Assembly: GCA_963701965.1 (NCBI GenBank)
Contig: OY969695.1
Coordinates: 3,968,001-4,032,000, forward strand
Direction: 5' to 3'
DNA from: an uncultured Gemmatimonadales bacterium
GTDB lineage: Bacteria > Gemmatimonadota > Gemmatimonadetes > Gemmatimonadales > Gemmatimonadaceae
Length of the DNA: 64,000 nt
In this document: positions 1 to 12,176 of the stretch, in pieces
Layout of the letters: each line of letters starts with the position of its first letter
Position numbering within the stretch: position 1 is the stretch's first letter
Translations under genes and position numbers: made by a program
The notes under the pieces: model-generated
What the model was told of the DNA's origin: nothing
Database searches by the model: none
The model's input: only the letters and a program-made list of their open reading frames with translations

Positions 1-1072
1 TGGCCGCCAGCACCGCGGGTTTGGGCGGCGGGGTGGTGGCGGAGTCGCCGCCGCGGAGCTTCCCGCTGATCTTCCCGCGGACTTTCCCGACGAAGTTGCC
101 CACCCCGGCCAGGCCCTCGCAGTACGCGCGCCCAAGGCCCCACGCGGGGGCGGGCGTCTGCTGGGGCGGTCGCCGGGGGACGTAGACGCCCGTGGTCGCC
201 GTGCGGACCGCGTCGACCAGCAGATTCCGCACTTCGCTCACCGCTTGCATTTTGGTCTGCTCGCCGGCCGCCACATCGACCTGGAGCTCGCAGACCGTCA
301 TTTCCCGGTCGCTCTTGTAGTCGTCGTTGGTCGAGCGCGTGAGCTGATCCCCGACGCCTTTGACGCGGATGACGTCCACGAGATAGAACATCCGCTGGAG
401 CTCCGACGGGGTAGTTTTCTGGACCTCGTTCATGGACCCATGGAACAACGTCAGCTCCAACTCCCCCGTGGCGGGGGACAGGGCCATGAGCCCACTGTCG
501 GCGTAGATGGTCCGGTCCCGCGTCGGGTCGCCCAGATCGTAGATGGTGATCTCGCGCAGCTGGTTCGTCGCCGGATCGATGTGCGTGGCGTTGAGGAACA
601 GTTTGCCGGGCGAGACTTCATTGATGACGCGCGGGCGCAGCGCGAACGTCGGCTTCTTGCGCGCGATGTCGCTCTGGAGCGTGCGCAGGCAATGGTTGGC
701 CCGCGACAGCGCCTGATCGTTGAACGCCACCATGATCAGCGTCAGGAAGAACGAGGCGATGACGACGGGGACCAGGACGCGTCCGACCGACACCCCCGTC
801 GCTTTGAGCGCCGTGATCTCGTTCTCGGCGGCCAGGCGGCTGAAGGCGTAGAGGACGGCCACCAGCACCGCCATGGGGGCCGTCAAGGCGAAGGTCAGCG
901 GGATCGAAAGGGAGATGAACTCGACGATCACCGTCCACGGCAACCCTTTCCCTACCAGCTGCCCGATCTGCTTGGCGATGTAGTTGAGCAGCAGCAGGGA
1001 CGTGAGCGAGGCGACCGCGAACACCAGCGGCCCGGCGTGCTCTCGCAACACGTACCTGTTGATTATCTTCAC
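1..1072 (-). CDS. LptF/LptG family LPS export permease (partial, runs off window start)
   Basis: Manual translation from GTG at 1072: MKIINRYVLREHAGPLVFAVASLTSLLLLNYIAKQ...PMAVLVAVLYAFSRLAAENEITALKATGVS, the typical LptF/G N-terminus. Not in the ORF track because it has no stop in the window. Confidence 0.9.
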   Translation of the reverse strand, partial: MKIINRYVLREHAGPLVFAVASLTSLLLLNYIAKQIGQLVGKGLPWTVIVEFISLSIPLTFALTAPMAVLVAVLYAFSRLAAENEITALKATGVSVGRVLVPVVIASFFLTLIMVAFNDQALSRANHCLRTLQSDIARKKPTFALRPRVINEVSPGKLFLNATHIDPATNQLREITIYDLGDPTRDRTIYADSGLMALSPATGELELTLFHGSMNEVQKTTPSELQRMFYLVDVIRVKGVGDQLTRSTNDDYKSDREMTVCELQVDVAAGEQTKMQAVSEVRNLLVDAVRTATTGVYVPRRPPQQTPAPAWGLGRAYCEGLAGVGNFVGKVRGKISGKLRGGDSATTPPPKPAVLAA

Positions 1073-1091
1073 TAGCTAAATTCCGCCGCCG

Positions 1092-2009
1092 TTGAGACCA
1101 TTTTCAAGACCGAGCCGCGTGGCCACGTTACTCTGCACGATCGCTTTACTCGGTGCGTGCAGCCGCGGGCGCGCACATACCGCGTTCGACGGTCGCGCCG
1201 CGCTCACGTTCGTCCGCGCCCAACTCGATTTCGGCCCCCGCATTCCGGGCACCGCGGGCGCGCGCCAATGTGGTGACTGGATCATCGCGCAGATGCGCGC
1301 GCGCGCCGACACGGTCATCGTGCAGAGTTGGACGCATACGACGGTGGACGGCAAGGCACTGCCCCTCCGCAACATTCTGGCGCGCTTTCGGCCGTCAGCC
1401 ACCGATCGTGTCCTCTACGTGACCCATTGGGACACGCGCCCGATTTCCGATGAGGCGCCCGACTCCGCGGAGCGGTTGTTGCCGGTGCCCGGCGCCAACG
1501 ACGGCGCCTCGGGCACCGCGCTCCTCATCGAGCTCGGGTCGGTCCTCAAGGCGACGCCACCGTCCGTCGGCGTCGATCTGCTGTTCGTCGACGGCGAGGA
1601 CTACGGCTCTTTCTCCTCCGACCGCAATGTGCTCCTCGGCTCGACGTATTTCGCGTCGCATCTGCCCGCGCCCGACTACAAGCCCCTGTTCGGCGTGCTG
1701 TGGGACATGATCGGGGATCGGGACCTCCAGATCTACGAGGAAGGGAATTCGCTCCAAAAAGCGCCCGAGGTCGTGGCCCGCGTGTGGCAGCAGGCGGCGG
1801 ATTTGGGCTACGCGAGCTACTTCATACCCCGCAACAAGTACACGGTCACGGACGACCACGTCCCCCTCCTCCGTGCCGGCCTCCGGGTCGTCGACGTCAT
1901 CGACTTCGACTACCAGGGCATCCACCACACGCCCCGGGACACGTTCGACAAGGTGTCCGCCGCCTCCCTCCAGATCGTTGGGGACGTGGCCACCAGCCTC
2001 GTCGAGTAG
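1092..2009 (+). CDS. M28-family zinc lipoprotein, glutaminyl cyclase-like
   Basis: Lipobox LLGAC; motifs HWDTRP, GANDGASG, DGEDYG, DMIGD, DDH, HHT..DT. Confidence 0.85.
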   Translation: MRPFSRPSRVATLLCTIALLGACSRGRAHTAFDGRAALTFVRAQLDFGPRIPGTAGARQCGDWIIAQMRARADTVIVQSWTHTTVDGKALPLRNILARFRPSATDRVLYVTHWDTRPISDEAPDSAERLLPVPGANDGASGTALLIELGSVLKATPPSVGVDLLFVDGEDYGSFSSDRNVLLGSTYFASHLPAPDYKPLFGVLWDMIGDRDLQIYEEGNSLQKAPEVVARVWQQAADLGYASYFIPRNKYTVTDDHVPLLRAGLRVVDVIDFDYQGIHHTPRDTFDKVSAASLQIVGDVATSLVE

Positions 2010-2217
2010 AGCTCCGCGAAGCGGAGCTCAGTTCAACCGACGGGGTCACGGGGCAGGGGTGCGTTTTTCAGCACCCTGCTCGTGACCCACCGCCCCGACG
2101 CGGCGTCCTGCAAATGCGGCGCCCCGGTGAAACCGGGCGCTACGCGCACATTCGTTTGCTTCCCGCACTTGGCTCCGGGTCCGTGGATCATTCGCGCCTC
2201 TCACCCTGTCCACTGTT

Positions 2218-4038
2218 GTGCCGGCCCCGGTAACCGCGGCCGGCCCCGACCGGATTGGTGAAACCCTGCTTAAGGAAGGGCTGATCAGTAAAGATCAGCT
2301 CGCCGCCGCGCTACGCGAGCAAAAGCAGAACGGAACCAGTATTGGGTACAGCCTCGTCAAGCTCGGGTTCCTGCCCGAGCTCGAGATCACGAAGATGTTG
2401 GCCCGGCAGCACCGCATGCCGGCCGTCGACCTGTCGAAATTCGAAGTCGACCCCAAGATCGCCAAGCTGATCCCGTCCGACCTGGCGACCAAGCACCTCG
2501 TCCTCCCCTTGAAGCGCGACGGCCGGACGCTGACCGTCGCCGTCGCCGACCCCACGAACTTGGGGGTGATCGAGGACATCAAGTTCGTCACCCGCTACGA
2601 CATCTTCCCGGTCATCGCCGGCGAGTTCACGCTCCGCAACACGATCGAGCGCTTCTACGAGTCGTCCAATGCGGCGATGCAGAGCCTGCTCGAGGACATC
2701 GCCTCCGAATCCGGGGAAGACGTCGAAGTCGTCGAGGAGAACGACGATGAAGCGGGGGGCATGGCGCTCGACGACGCCCCCGTCGTCAAGCTCCTGAACG
2801 CGATCCTGACCGACGCCGTCAAGCGCGGCGCGTCCGACATCCATTTCGAGTGCTTCGAGCACGAGCTCCGCGTCCGCTACCGCATTGACGGCGCCTTGCT
2901 CGAGGTCATGAAGCCGCCAATGAAGATGAAGGCGGCGCTGATCTCGCGATTCAAGATCATGGCCTCGCTCAATATCGCCGAGCGCCGTATCCCGCAGGAC
3001 GGCCGCATCAAGCTCAAGCTCGGCAAAAAGGTCATTGATTATCGCGTCTCGACGTTGCCGACCCTGTTCGGCGAAAAAGTCGTTCTGCGAATTCTCGACA
3101 AAGGCAACCTGACGTTCGACCTGGAGAAGTTCGGCATCGAGCCCCGCGCCGAGCGCGAGCTGATGGAAGCGATCTCCAATCCCTACGGCATGGTCCTGGT
3201 CACCGGCCCCACGGGTTCCGGCAAGACGACGACGCTCTACTCGGCGCTCTCCAAGGTCAACAACATCGACGTCAACATCATGACCGCCGAGGATCCCGTC
3301 GAGTACAACCTGTTCGGGATCAATCAGGTGTTGGTGCGGAACGAGATCGGGATGACGTTCGCCGCCGCGCTCAAGGCATTCCTGCGGCAGGACCCGAACA
3401 TCATCATGGTCGGCGAGATTCGAGACCTGGAGACCGGCGGCATCGCCATCAAGGCGGCGCTCACCGGCCACCTCGTGCTCTCCACGCTCCACACCAACTC
3501 GGCGCCAGAGACGGTGACGCGCCTCATGGACATGGGGCTGGAACCGTTCAACGTCGCCAGTGCGCTCAATCTCGTCCTGGCCCAGCGTCTCTTGCGGCGC
3601 GTGTGCAGCTCCTGCAAGGAAAAGTACGAGCCGGAGGACACCGAATTCGCGGCCGCCAAGGTCAAGCGGACGACGACGCTGCGCGAGATGCGGTTCACCG
3701 ACATGGCGCTGGCCGACGCCAAGCCCCGGGCCATTAAAGAGGCGGTGCCGTTTCTCGAGCATCTGTCGCTGGACACGACGATCGGCGAGTTGCCGTTCTT
3801 TCGGGGCACCGGCTGCAATGCCTGCAACGGCACGGGCTACAAGGGGCGCCAGGGCGCCTACGAGGTCATGATGATGACCCCCGGGCTGCGCAAGCTGATT
3901 CTGCAGAACGTCGGCGCGGCCGAGATCCGCGACGCCGCGATCGACGAAGGCATGCTCACCCTCCGAATGGACGGGTGGCTCAAGATCCTCAAGGGGATCA
4001 CCACCATCGAACAAGTCGTCCGGGAGACGAGCGCATGA
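2218..4038 (+). CDS. pilB: Type IV pilus extension ATPase PilB with N-terminal MshEN motif
   Basis: ASDIHFE, AERRIPQDGR, Walker A GPTGSGKTT, LRQDPNIIMVGEIRD, TGHLVLSTLHTN, two CxxC pairs; followed by pilT-pilC. Confidence 0.95.
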   Translation: MPAPVTAAGPDRIGETLLKEGLISKDQLAAALREQKQNGTSIGYSLVKLGFLPELEITKMLARQHRMPAVDLSKFEVDPKIAKLIPSDLATKHLVLPLKRDGRTLTVAVADPTNLGVIEDIKFVTRYDIFPVIAGEFTLRNTIERFYESSNAAMQSLLEDIASESGEDVEVVEENDDEAGGMALDDAPVVKLLNAILTDAVKRGASDIHFECFEHELRVRYRIDGALLEVMKPPMKMKAALISRFKIMASLNIAERRIPQDGRIKLKLGKKVIDYRVSTLPTLFGEKVVLRILDKGNLTFDLEKFGIEPRAERELMEAISNPYGMVLVTGPTGSGKTTTLYSALSKVNNIDVNIMTAEDPVEYNLFGINQVLVRNEIGMTFAAALKAFLRQDPNIIMVGEIRDLETGGIAIKAALTGHLVLSTLHTNSAPETVTRLMDMGLEPFNVASALNLVLAQRLLRRVCSSCKEKYEPEDTEFAAAKVKRTTTLREMRFTDMALADAKPRAIKEAVPFLEHLSLDTTIGELPFFRGTGCNACNGTGYKGRQGAYEVMMMTPGLRKLILQNVGAAEIRDAAIDEGMLTLRMDGWLKILKGITTIEQVVRETSA

Positions 4039-5153
4039 GCGCCACCGCTGCCCCGCAAGCCGCCGCGCCGCCGAGCGGCGGCGTGAATCTTCGCTCCCTC
4101 CTCGAGGAGATGATCGAGCGGGATGCGTCGGACCTGCACATCACGGCCGGCGAACGGCCGAAGCTGCGCGTGGACGGCGAGATCACGAACTCGCGCAACG
4201 AGTACGTGATGAACCCCAAGGACACGCTGACGCTCGCCTACTCCGTCCTCACCGAGAACCAGAAGAAGCGGTTCGAGATGGAGGACGAGCTGGACTTCTC
4301 CTTCGGCATCCAGAACCTGGCCCGCTTCCGCGGCAACTGCTTCAAGCAGCGCGGATGCGTGTCCATGGCCATCCGGCAGATCCCGTTCTCCATCAAGACG
4401 TTCCAGGACCTGGGATTGCCCGCCGTGATCGCCAAGATGGCGGAGAAGCCGCGCGGACTGGTGCTGGTGACCGGGCCGACGGGGTCGGGCAAGTCCACGA
4501 CGCTGGCCGCCATGATCGACAAGATCAACCGCGAGCGCCGCGGCCACATTATCACGGTCGAAGACCCGATCGAGTTCATCCACCGCCATCAAAGCTGCAT
4601 CGTCAACCAGCGCGAGGTGGGGACGGACACGAAATCGTTCCAAGCGGCCCTGAAATACGCGTTGCGGGAAGACCCCGACGTGATCCTCATCGGTGAGATG
4701 CGCGACCTGGACACGATCCAGGCGGCGCTGACCATCGCCGAGACCGGCCACTTGGCCTTCGCCACGCTGCACACGAATTCGGCGGCCGAAGCCGTCAACC
4801 GGATGATCGACGTCTTCCCGGCGCACCAACAGTCGCAGGTGCGGGCCCAGCTGGCGTTCGTGCTGGAGGGGATCATTACTCAAACGCTGCTGGCGAAAGC
4901 CAAGGGGCGGGGCCGGTCGATGGCGGCGGAGATTCTCGTCGTCACCCCGGCGATCCGGGCGCTGATCCGCGACGACAAGATCCACCAGATCTACTCGTCA
5001 ATGCAATCCGGGAAGAAGTATGGCATGCAGACGCTCAACGACTCGCTGTACGGTCTGTACATGGCGCGCGATGTCTCGGTGGAAGAGTGCCTGCGCGTCT
5101 CCAGCGACCCCAATGAGTTCTTGCGCATGATCGGCCAGCCGCCGCTCGAATGA
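4035..5153 (+). CDS. pilT: Type IV pilus retraction ATPase PilT
   Basis: ASDLHI, GPTGSGKST, EDPIEF, ALREDPD, AETGHL, AIRALIR (AIRNLIRE-like), GMQT; ATGA overlap with pilB stop. Confidence 0.95.
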   Translation: MSATAAPQAAAPPSGGVNLRSLLEEMIERDASDLHITAGERPKLRVDGEITNSRNEYVMNPKDTLTLAYSVLTENQKKRFEMEDELDFSFGIQNLARFRGNCFKQRGCVSMAIRQIPFSIKTFQDLGLPAVIAKMAEKPRGLVLVTGPTGSGKSTTLAAMIDKINRERRGHIITVEDPIEFIHRHQSCIVNQREVGTDTKSFQAALKYALREDPDVILIGEMRDLDTIQAALTIAETGHLAFATLHTNSAAEAVNRMIDVFPAHQQSQVRAQLAFVLEGIITQTLLAKAKGRGRSMAAEILVVTPAIRALIRDDKIHQIYSSMQSGKKYGMQTLNDSLYGLYMARDVSVEECLRVSSDPNEFLRMIGQPPLE

Positions 5154-5234
5154 CGGGCCCGGCGAGGCCAAAACTGCACCATCCGCCGGTAAGGCGGCGA
5201 ACGGCCGTCGTTAACTCTAGAGAGGACTGCTCAC

Positions 5235-6437
5235 ATGCCGAGCTTCACCTATACCGCGCGCGCGGTCAACGGCGAGCTGAAGACCGCGACGATCGACGCC
5301 GCTACCCGCGAGGACGTCGTCGCCCAGCTGCGGCGCCAGCGTCTCACGGTCGTCAAGGTCGACGACGCCGGTGACGCCAAGAAGAAACCGAGCGCTGGCC
5401 GGATCAAGATGCGGGACATCGTCATCTTCACCCGCCAGTTCTCGACGATGATCAACTCCGGTCTGCCGCTGGTCCAGGCGCTCGACATTCTGGCCAAGCA
5501 GAGCGAGAACAAAGCGCTGCAGTCGGTCACGCGCGCCGTGGTGTTCGACGTGGAGTCGGGCCATACCGTGGCCGACGCCCTCCGCAAACATCCCAAGGCG
5601 TTCACCGACCTGTACGTGAACATGGTCGCCGCCGGTGAGGCGGGTGGTATCCTCGATACCATCCTCATGCGGTTGGCGACGTTCATGGAAAAGAACGACA
5701 ACCTGGTGCGCAAGGTGAAGGGCGCGATGATCTACCCGGGCGTCATCATGACCGTGGCCTTCATCGCAATCGCGATCCTCTTGATCTTCGTGATTCCGGT
5801 GTTCGAAAACATGTTCGGATCGGTCGGCCTCGCGCTGCCGCTCCCGACCCGCATCGTCATCGGCCTCTCCAAGTTCCTGCGCGGCTTGGGTGGTCTGGCC
5901 GTCGCCGGCGGCGCCGTTGGGGGGTTCTTCCTCGTCAAGCAGTACTACCAGACGCCGAACGGCAAGCTGCAGATCGACAAGCTGTTGCTGTCGTTCCCGG
6001 TACTCGGTGACGTGCTCCGCAAGTCGGCCGTCTCCCGGTTCACGCGCACGCTGGGGACGTTGATCAGCTCCGGCGTCAGCATTCTCGATGGACTCGAGAT
6101 CACCGCCAAGACCGCCGGCAACCGCGTCATCCAGGACGCCATCATGGCGTCCCGCGCTTCGATCGCCGGTGGTGACACGATCGCCGCACCGCTGGCCAAG
6201 TCCCAGGTCTTCCCGCCCATGGTGATCTCGATGATCGCCGTCGGCGAGTCGACCGGTGGTCTCGACGAGATGTTGTCGAAGATCGCCGACTTCTACGACG
6301 AAGAGGTCGACGCCGCCGTCTCCGGCTTGCTCTCCTTGCTGGAGCCGGTCATGATCGTGTTCCTCGGCGTCGTCGTCGGCGGCATGGTGGTCGCCATGTA
6401 CCTGCCGATCTTCGACATGATCAACGCCGTGCAGTGA
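5235..6437 (+). CDS. pilC: Type IV pilus platform protein PilC (T2SS F family)
   Basis: FTRQFSTMINSGLPL, AGEAGGILD, VGESTGGLDEML, LLEP...AMYLPIF; RBS AGAGGA. Confidence 0.95.
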   Translation: MPSFTYTARAVNGELKTATIDAATREDVVAQLRRQRLTVVKVDDAGDAKKKPSAGRIKMRDIVIFTRQFSTMINSGLPLVQALDILAKQSENKALQSVTRAVVFDVESGHTVADALRKHPKAFTDLYVNMVAAGEAGGILDTILMRLATFMEKNDNLVRKVKGAMIYPGVIMTVAFIAIAILLIFVIPVFENMFGSVGLALPLPTRIVIGLSKFLRGLGGLAVAGGAVGGFFLVKQYYQTPNGKLQIDKLLLSFPVLGDVLRKSAVSRFTRTLGTLISSGVSILDGLEITAKTAGNRVIQDAIMASRASIAGGDTIAAPLAKSQVFPPMVISMIAVGESTGGLDEMLSKIADFYDEEVDAAVSGLLSLLEPVMIVFLGVVVGGMVVAMYLPIFDMINAVQ

Positions 6438-6474
6438 TCGCGAGCTCGCGGCGGTAAAGCCGAAGTAGTTCCAA

Positions 6475-6506
6475 CGGGGCGGCAGCCAAATTCGGCTGCC
6501 GCCCCG
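6475..6506 (+). terminator. GC-rich hairpin after pilC
   Basis: CGGGGCGGCAGCC-AAATTC-GGCTGCCGCCCCG perfect 13-bp stem; no clear U-tract. Confidence 0.6.
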
Positions 6507-6514
6507 CTCGCATC

Positions 6515-6653
6515 TATGAATGCCTTAGGGTGCATATGGATTGTCCGGACGTCTATGACTGCCTTGGGATACATAAACCTTGACTTCGGTCAATGGCTGC
6601 CATAGGATACATAGAGCGTTGCCACGTATGATATGCATCCTATAGCGCGCATA
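6515..6653. promoter_or_regulatory. Four TATG-N14-CATA operator repeats upstream of hipB
   Basis: 6515-6536, 6554-6575, 6592-6613 (AATG variant), 6632-6653; starts 38-40 bp apart; similar inner sequence. Confidence 0.8.
6580..6608 (+). promoter_or_regulatory. Sigma70-type promoter for hipBA
   Basis: TTGACT-17bp-TAGGAT, with the -10 inside operator 3. Confidence 0.7.
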
Positions 6654-6669
6654 GATAGCGAGAGAGGAG

Positions 6670-6981
6670 ATGCCACGATCAAAGCAACCTGATCTCACCC
6701 AGCTCGCGGCGGCGCCCGCGGACGCCGTCAAACGCGGGGTAAGAGTCTTCACGCCAAAGGATGTCGGGGATGTGGTCCGCGTCGCCCGCGAGCGAACGCT
6801 CGGACGTCAAGTCAATGCCACACGAAGGCTTGGTGTGAGTCGCAGCATGCTCGGGGGACTGGAACGGGGCGAAGGGGGGTCGCAGCTCGACCTGACGCTG
6901 CGCGTCCTGACGGACCTCGGATTCGACGTCGTGCTCGTGCCGCGCGATCCATCCCTTTCCGTGCGCGGAGACGATGTCTGA
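6670..6981 (+). CDS. hipB: HipB-like XRE/HTH antitoxin
   Basis: VGDVVRVARE...LGVSRSMLGGLERG...LDLTLRVLTDLG HTH; RBS GAGGAG; TGATG-coupled to hipA. Confidence 0.8.
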   Translation: MPRSKQPDLTQLAAAPADAVKRGVRVFTPKDVGDVVRVARERTLGRQVNATRRLGVSRSMLGGLERGEGGSQLDLTLRVLTDLGFDVVLVPRDPSLSVRGDDV

Positions 6982-8258
6982 TGGTGCTCACGGTATGGCG
7001 CGATGCGCGGCGTGTTGGCTTGCTCGACACCGCGCCCGACGGCCAAGTGCGATTTACCTATGATGCCGACGTGGTCGCCGATCCCCATCCGGAATACGCT
7101 GTGGGTTGGCGGTGCCCGGTCCGGGCGAAGCCATATACCGGCCTCGCGGCCGCGGCGGTCTTCGAGAATCTCCTGCCCGAAGGCGCGCTCCGCAGCGCGC
7201 TTGGACTCGCCACGAAACATGACCCCAGCGACACGGTAGGCCTGCTCGGCGTCGTTGCCGGTGAATGCGCCGGTGCGCTACAGCTCTGGCCCGCTGCCGT
7301 ATCGCCACCCCAACAGGCGGAGTACGACGACGCGTCCGATGCGACACTCAGTGCCGCGTTCACCGTCGCAAACGCACAGCTCCGCCAGGTCATGGGGCGT
7401 GCCTCGCTCTCTGGCACGCAACCGAAGCTTGCCCTCTGGCGTATGCCTCCCGTCGGAGGCGAAGACCCGCGATATAGGCTCCCGAAGAATGGGGCGCCCA
7501 CGACCGTGGTCGTTAAGCGGCCCAGTCAGGGGTTCCCGCACCTGCTGGAAGCCGAGATGGTTGGCATGCGTCTCATGCAATCAGCGGGAGTGTCTACCGC
7601 ATCGAGCGCGCCCTGTCGCCTGGCGATGGACTGTCACGAATCCGCGCGCTTCGACCGCGTGCTCACCGCGGACGGGCAGGTGCATCGGCGCCACGCGGAA
7701 GATGGATGTCAGCTGACCGGGCGCCTGTCCCAGAACAAATACGCACGACAAAACGCCCCGACGTTCTCGGAGCTCTCTGCCGTACTCAATCGTTCCAGCG
7801 CCAATCCGCTCGAGGATCGCGAAGCTCTTTTCCGATGGGCGGTGGCGAACGCCGCCGTGGGGAACTACGACGCCCATGCCAAGAATATCAGTGTGGTGTA
7901 TGTGGCCGCCGACCGCGTGCGACTCGCGCCGGCGTACGACGTCGTGGTTACCGCTGTGTATGAAGGTCTCGACCGGGAGTTCGCGCTCCACTTTGCAGGC
8001 ACCACGGATCCGCAGGCGCTGGTGCCCGCGAGTCTCAGGGTCGCTGCGCGCGAGTTCGGATTGCCAGGCGGACGCGTCACCGAGATTGCCGACGACGTCG
8101 TGCGTCGCGTCCAATCCCAGCTCCCGGATGTCTTGCAAGAAGTCTCGCGCGGCAGTGCGGCGCCGGGGATGCTGGACCGACTGAGCGCATCGGTCTTGCA
8201 GACTTCGACTGAGCTCGCTGAGCGTCTCGGCCTATCGACGACGCGCGCCACCCGCTAG
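6981..8258 (+). CDS. hipA: HipA family toxin kinase
   Basis: FENLLPEG, GECAGALQL, SLSGTQPKL P-loop, RFDR, EDGCQL, GNYDAHAKNIS, LAPAYD. Confidence 0.92.
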   Translation: MVLTVWRDARRVGLLDTAPDGQVRFTYDADVVADPHPEYAVGWRCPVRAKPYTGLAAAAVFENLLPEGALRSALGLATKHDPSDTVGLLGVVAGECAGALQLWPAAVSPPQQAEYDDASDATLSAAFTVANAQLRQVMGRASLSGTQPKLALWRMPPVGGEDPRYRLPKNGAPTTVVVKRPSQGFPHLLEAEMVGMRLMQSAGVSTASSAPCRLAMDCHESARFDRVLTADGQVHRRHAEDGCQLTGRLSQNKYARQNAPTFSELSAVLNRSSANPLEDREALFRWAVANAAVGNYDAHAKNISVVYVAADRVRLAPAYDVVVTAVYEGLDREFALHFAGTTDPQALVPASLRVAAREFGLPGGRVTEIADDVVRRVQSQLPDVLQEVSRGSAAPGMLDRLSASVLQTSTELAERLGLSTTRATR

Positions 8259-9277
8259 GGCTGGTGCGCCGAGTACCCGATCCCGTCCGACCACGCCCCG
8301 GTTGGCATCGTCGCGAGAGTCTTTCGCGCGGCGATGTCGACCGCGGCGACCAGATTTTGCCCCTGCAGGGTCACGAACGCCGTCTTGCCGTCGGGCGAGA
8401 CGATGACGCCCTCGGGACTCGGTGATCCCGGAAATTCCGCGGTCGACACGATACCGGTCGACGGGAACACCACGCTCCCCAGGAGCTTCCGGCTCCGCAC
8501 GTCGTAGAACCGCACCGCGCCGCCGGCGGGGTCCGTCACCACCATCGTCTTGCTGTCGGGCGTGACCGCCAGGCGGTAGGGGAAGCCGAAGCCCGTGATC
8601 GTGTCGGCGACCGTCCCCGTGGCCGTCATGACAACACTCACGATCTTGTTCTTGTCGCTCCCGGTCCAGACTTGATCCCCCGACGGCGTCACAGCTATTC
8701 CCTCGACCGCAGGGGCGACCGTCAGCGTCCGGACGAACGTACGATTGACGAGATCGAGCTCCGAGACAGTCCCATCACCGACGTTGGTCGTGAACGCCCG
8801 CCGTCCATCCCGCGTCACGGCCACCATGTGCGAGCCGCGCTGCTGCGTGGGAATCGCGGTCTCGATGGTGCCTTTCGCGAAATCGAGCACGAGCAATGAC
8901 TGGTTGGCCTCCGAGGTCACCACGAACAGGCTATCGCCCGGCAAGAACGCCGAGCCGTGCGGACGATGGTAGGTGCCGAGGTCGATCGTGCGTGTGACGG
9001 TCGGTTGGGTCGCGCCCAGGTGGATCACCGTCAGCGTGTTGCCCGGCGTGCCGCGCGGACCGTAGTTGGACACGACGGCCCACCGGCCATCATGAGAGAT
9101 CGCGACCTCGTGCGGCGCCTGCCCGGTCGGTAACGTCGCGACCGTGCGCTGGCCGGCCAGGTCGATAACCGTGGCCGTGTTGTCGTTCATGTTCGCCGCC
9201 ACGAGCGTCCCGTGCAACTGACACGCCCCACGACTGGCGAGGCCGAGTGAGAGTGCTACGATGAGAAAGAGGCGCAT
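8255..9277 (-). CDS. Secreted YVTN/YncE-type beta-propeller protein
   Basis: Signal peptide; repeated P(H/E)xxAx(S/T)xDG blades. Confidence 0.85.
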   Translation of the reverse strand: MRLFLIVALSLGLASRGACQLHGTLVAANMNDNTATVIDLAGQRTVATLPTGQAPHEVAISHDGRWAVVSNYGPRGTPGNTLTVIHLGATQPTVTRTIDLGTYHRPHGSAFLPGDSLFVVTSEANQSLLVLDFAKGTIETAIPTQQRGSHMVAVTRDGRRAFTTNVGDGTVSELDLVNRTFVRTLTVAPAVEGIAVTPSGDQVWTGSDKNKIVSVVMTATGTVADTITGFGFPYRLAVTPDSKTMVVTDPAGGAVRFYDVRSRKLLGSVVFPSTGIVSTAEFPGSPSPEGVIVSPDGKTAFVTLQGQNLVAAVDIAARKTLATMPTGAWSDGIGYSAHQP

Positions 9278-9295
9278 ACTCGTAGAGTATGCGCC
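9271..9295. terminator. Perfect inverted repeat between gcvP and the beta-propeller gene (possibly bidirectional terminator)
   Basis: GGCGCATACTC-GTA-GAGTATGCGCC with T-rich tails on both strands. Confidence 0.55.
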
Positions 9296-9322
9296 CTTTT
9301 CCCGCCAGGAGTCAGAAGTCTG

Positions 9323-12172
<2,850 letters not shown>

Positions 12173-12176
<4 letters not shown>

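Noticed and set aside
245..1075. 276-aa plus-strand ORF
   Set aside because: Antisense shadow of the lptF/G-family gene on the minus strand
6515..6653. Regularly spaced repeats as a mini-CRISPR
   Set aside because: Degenerate 22-bp palindromes with 16-18 nt gaps, no cas genes; fit HipB operators
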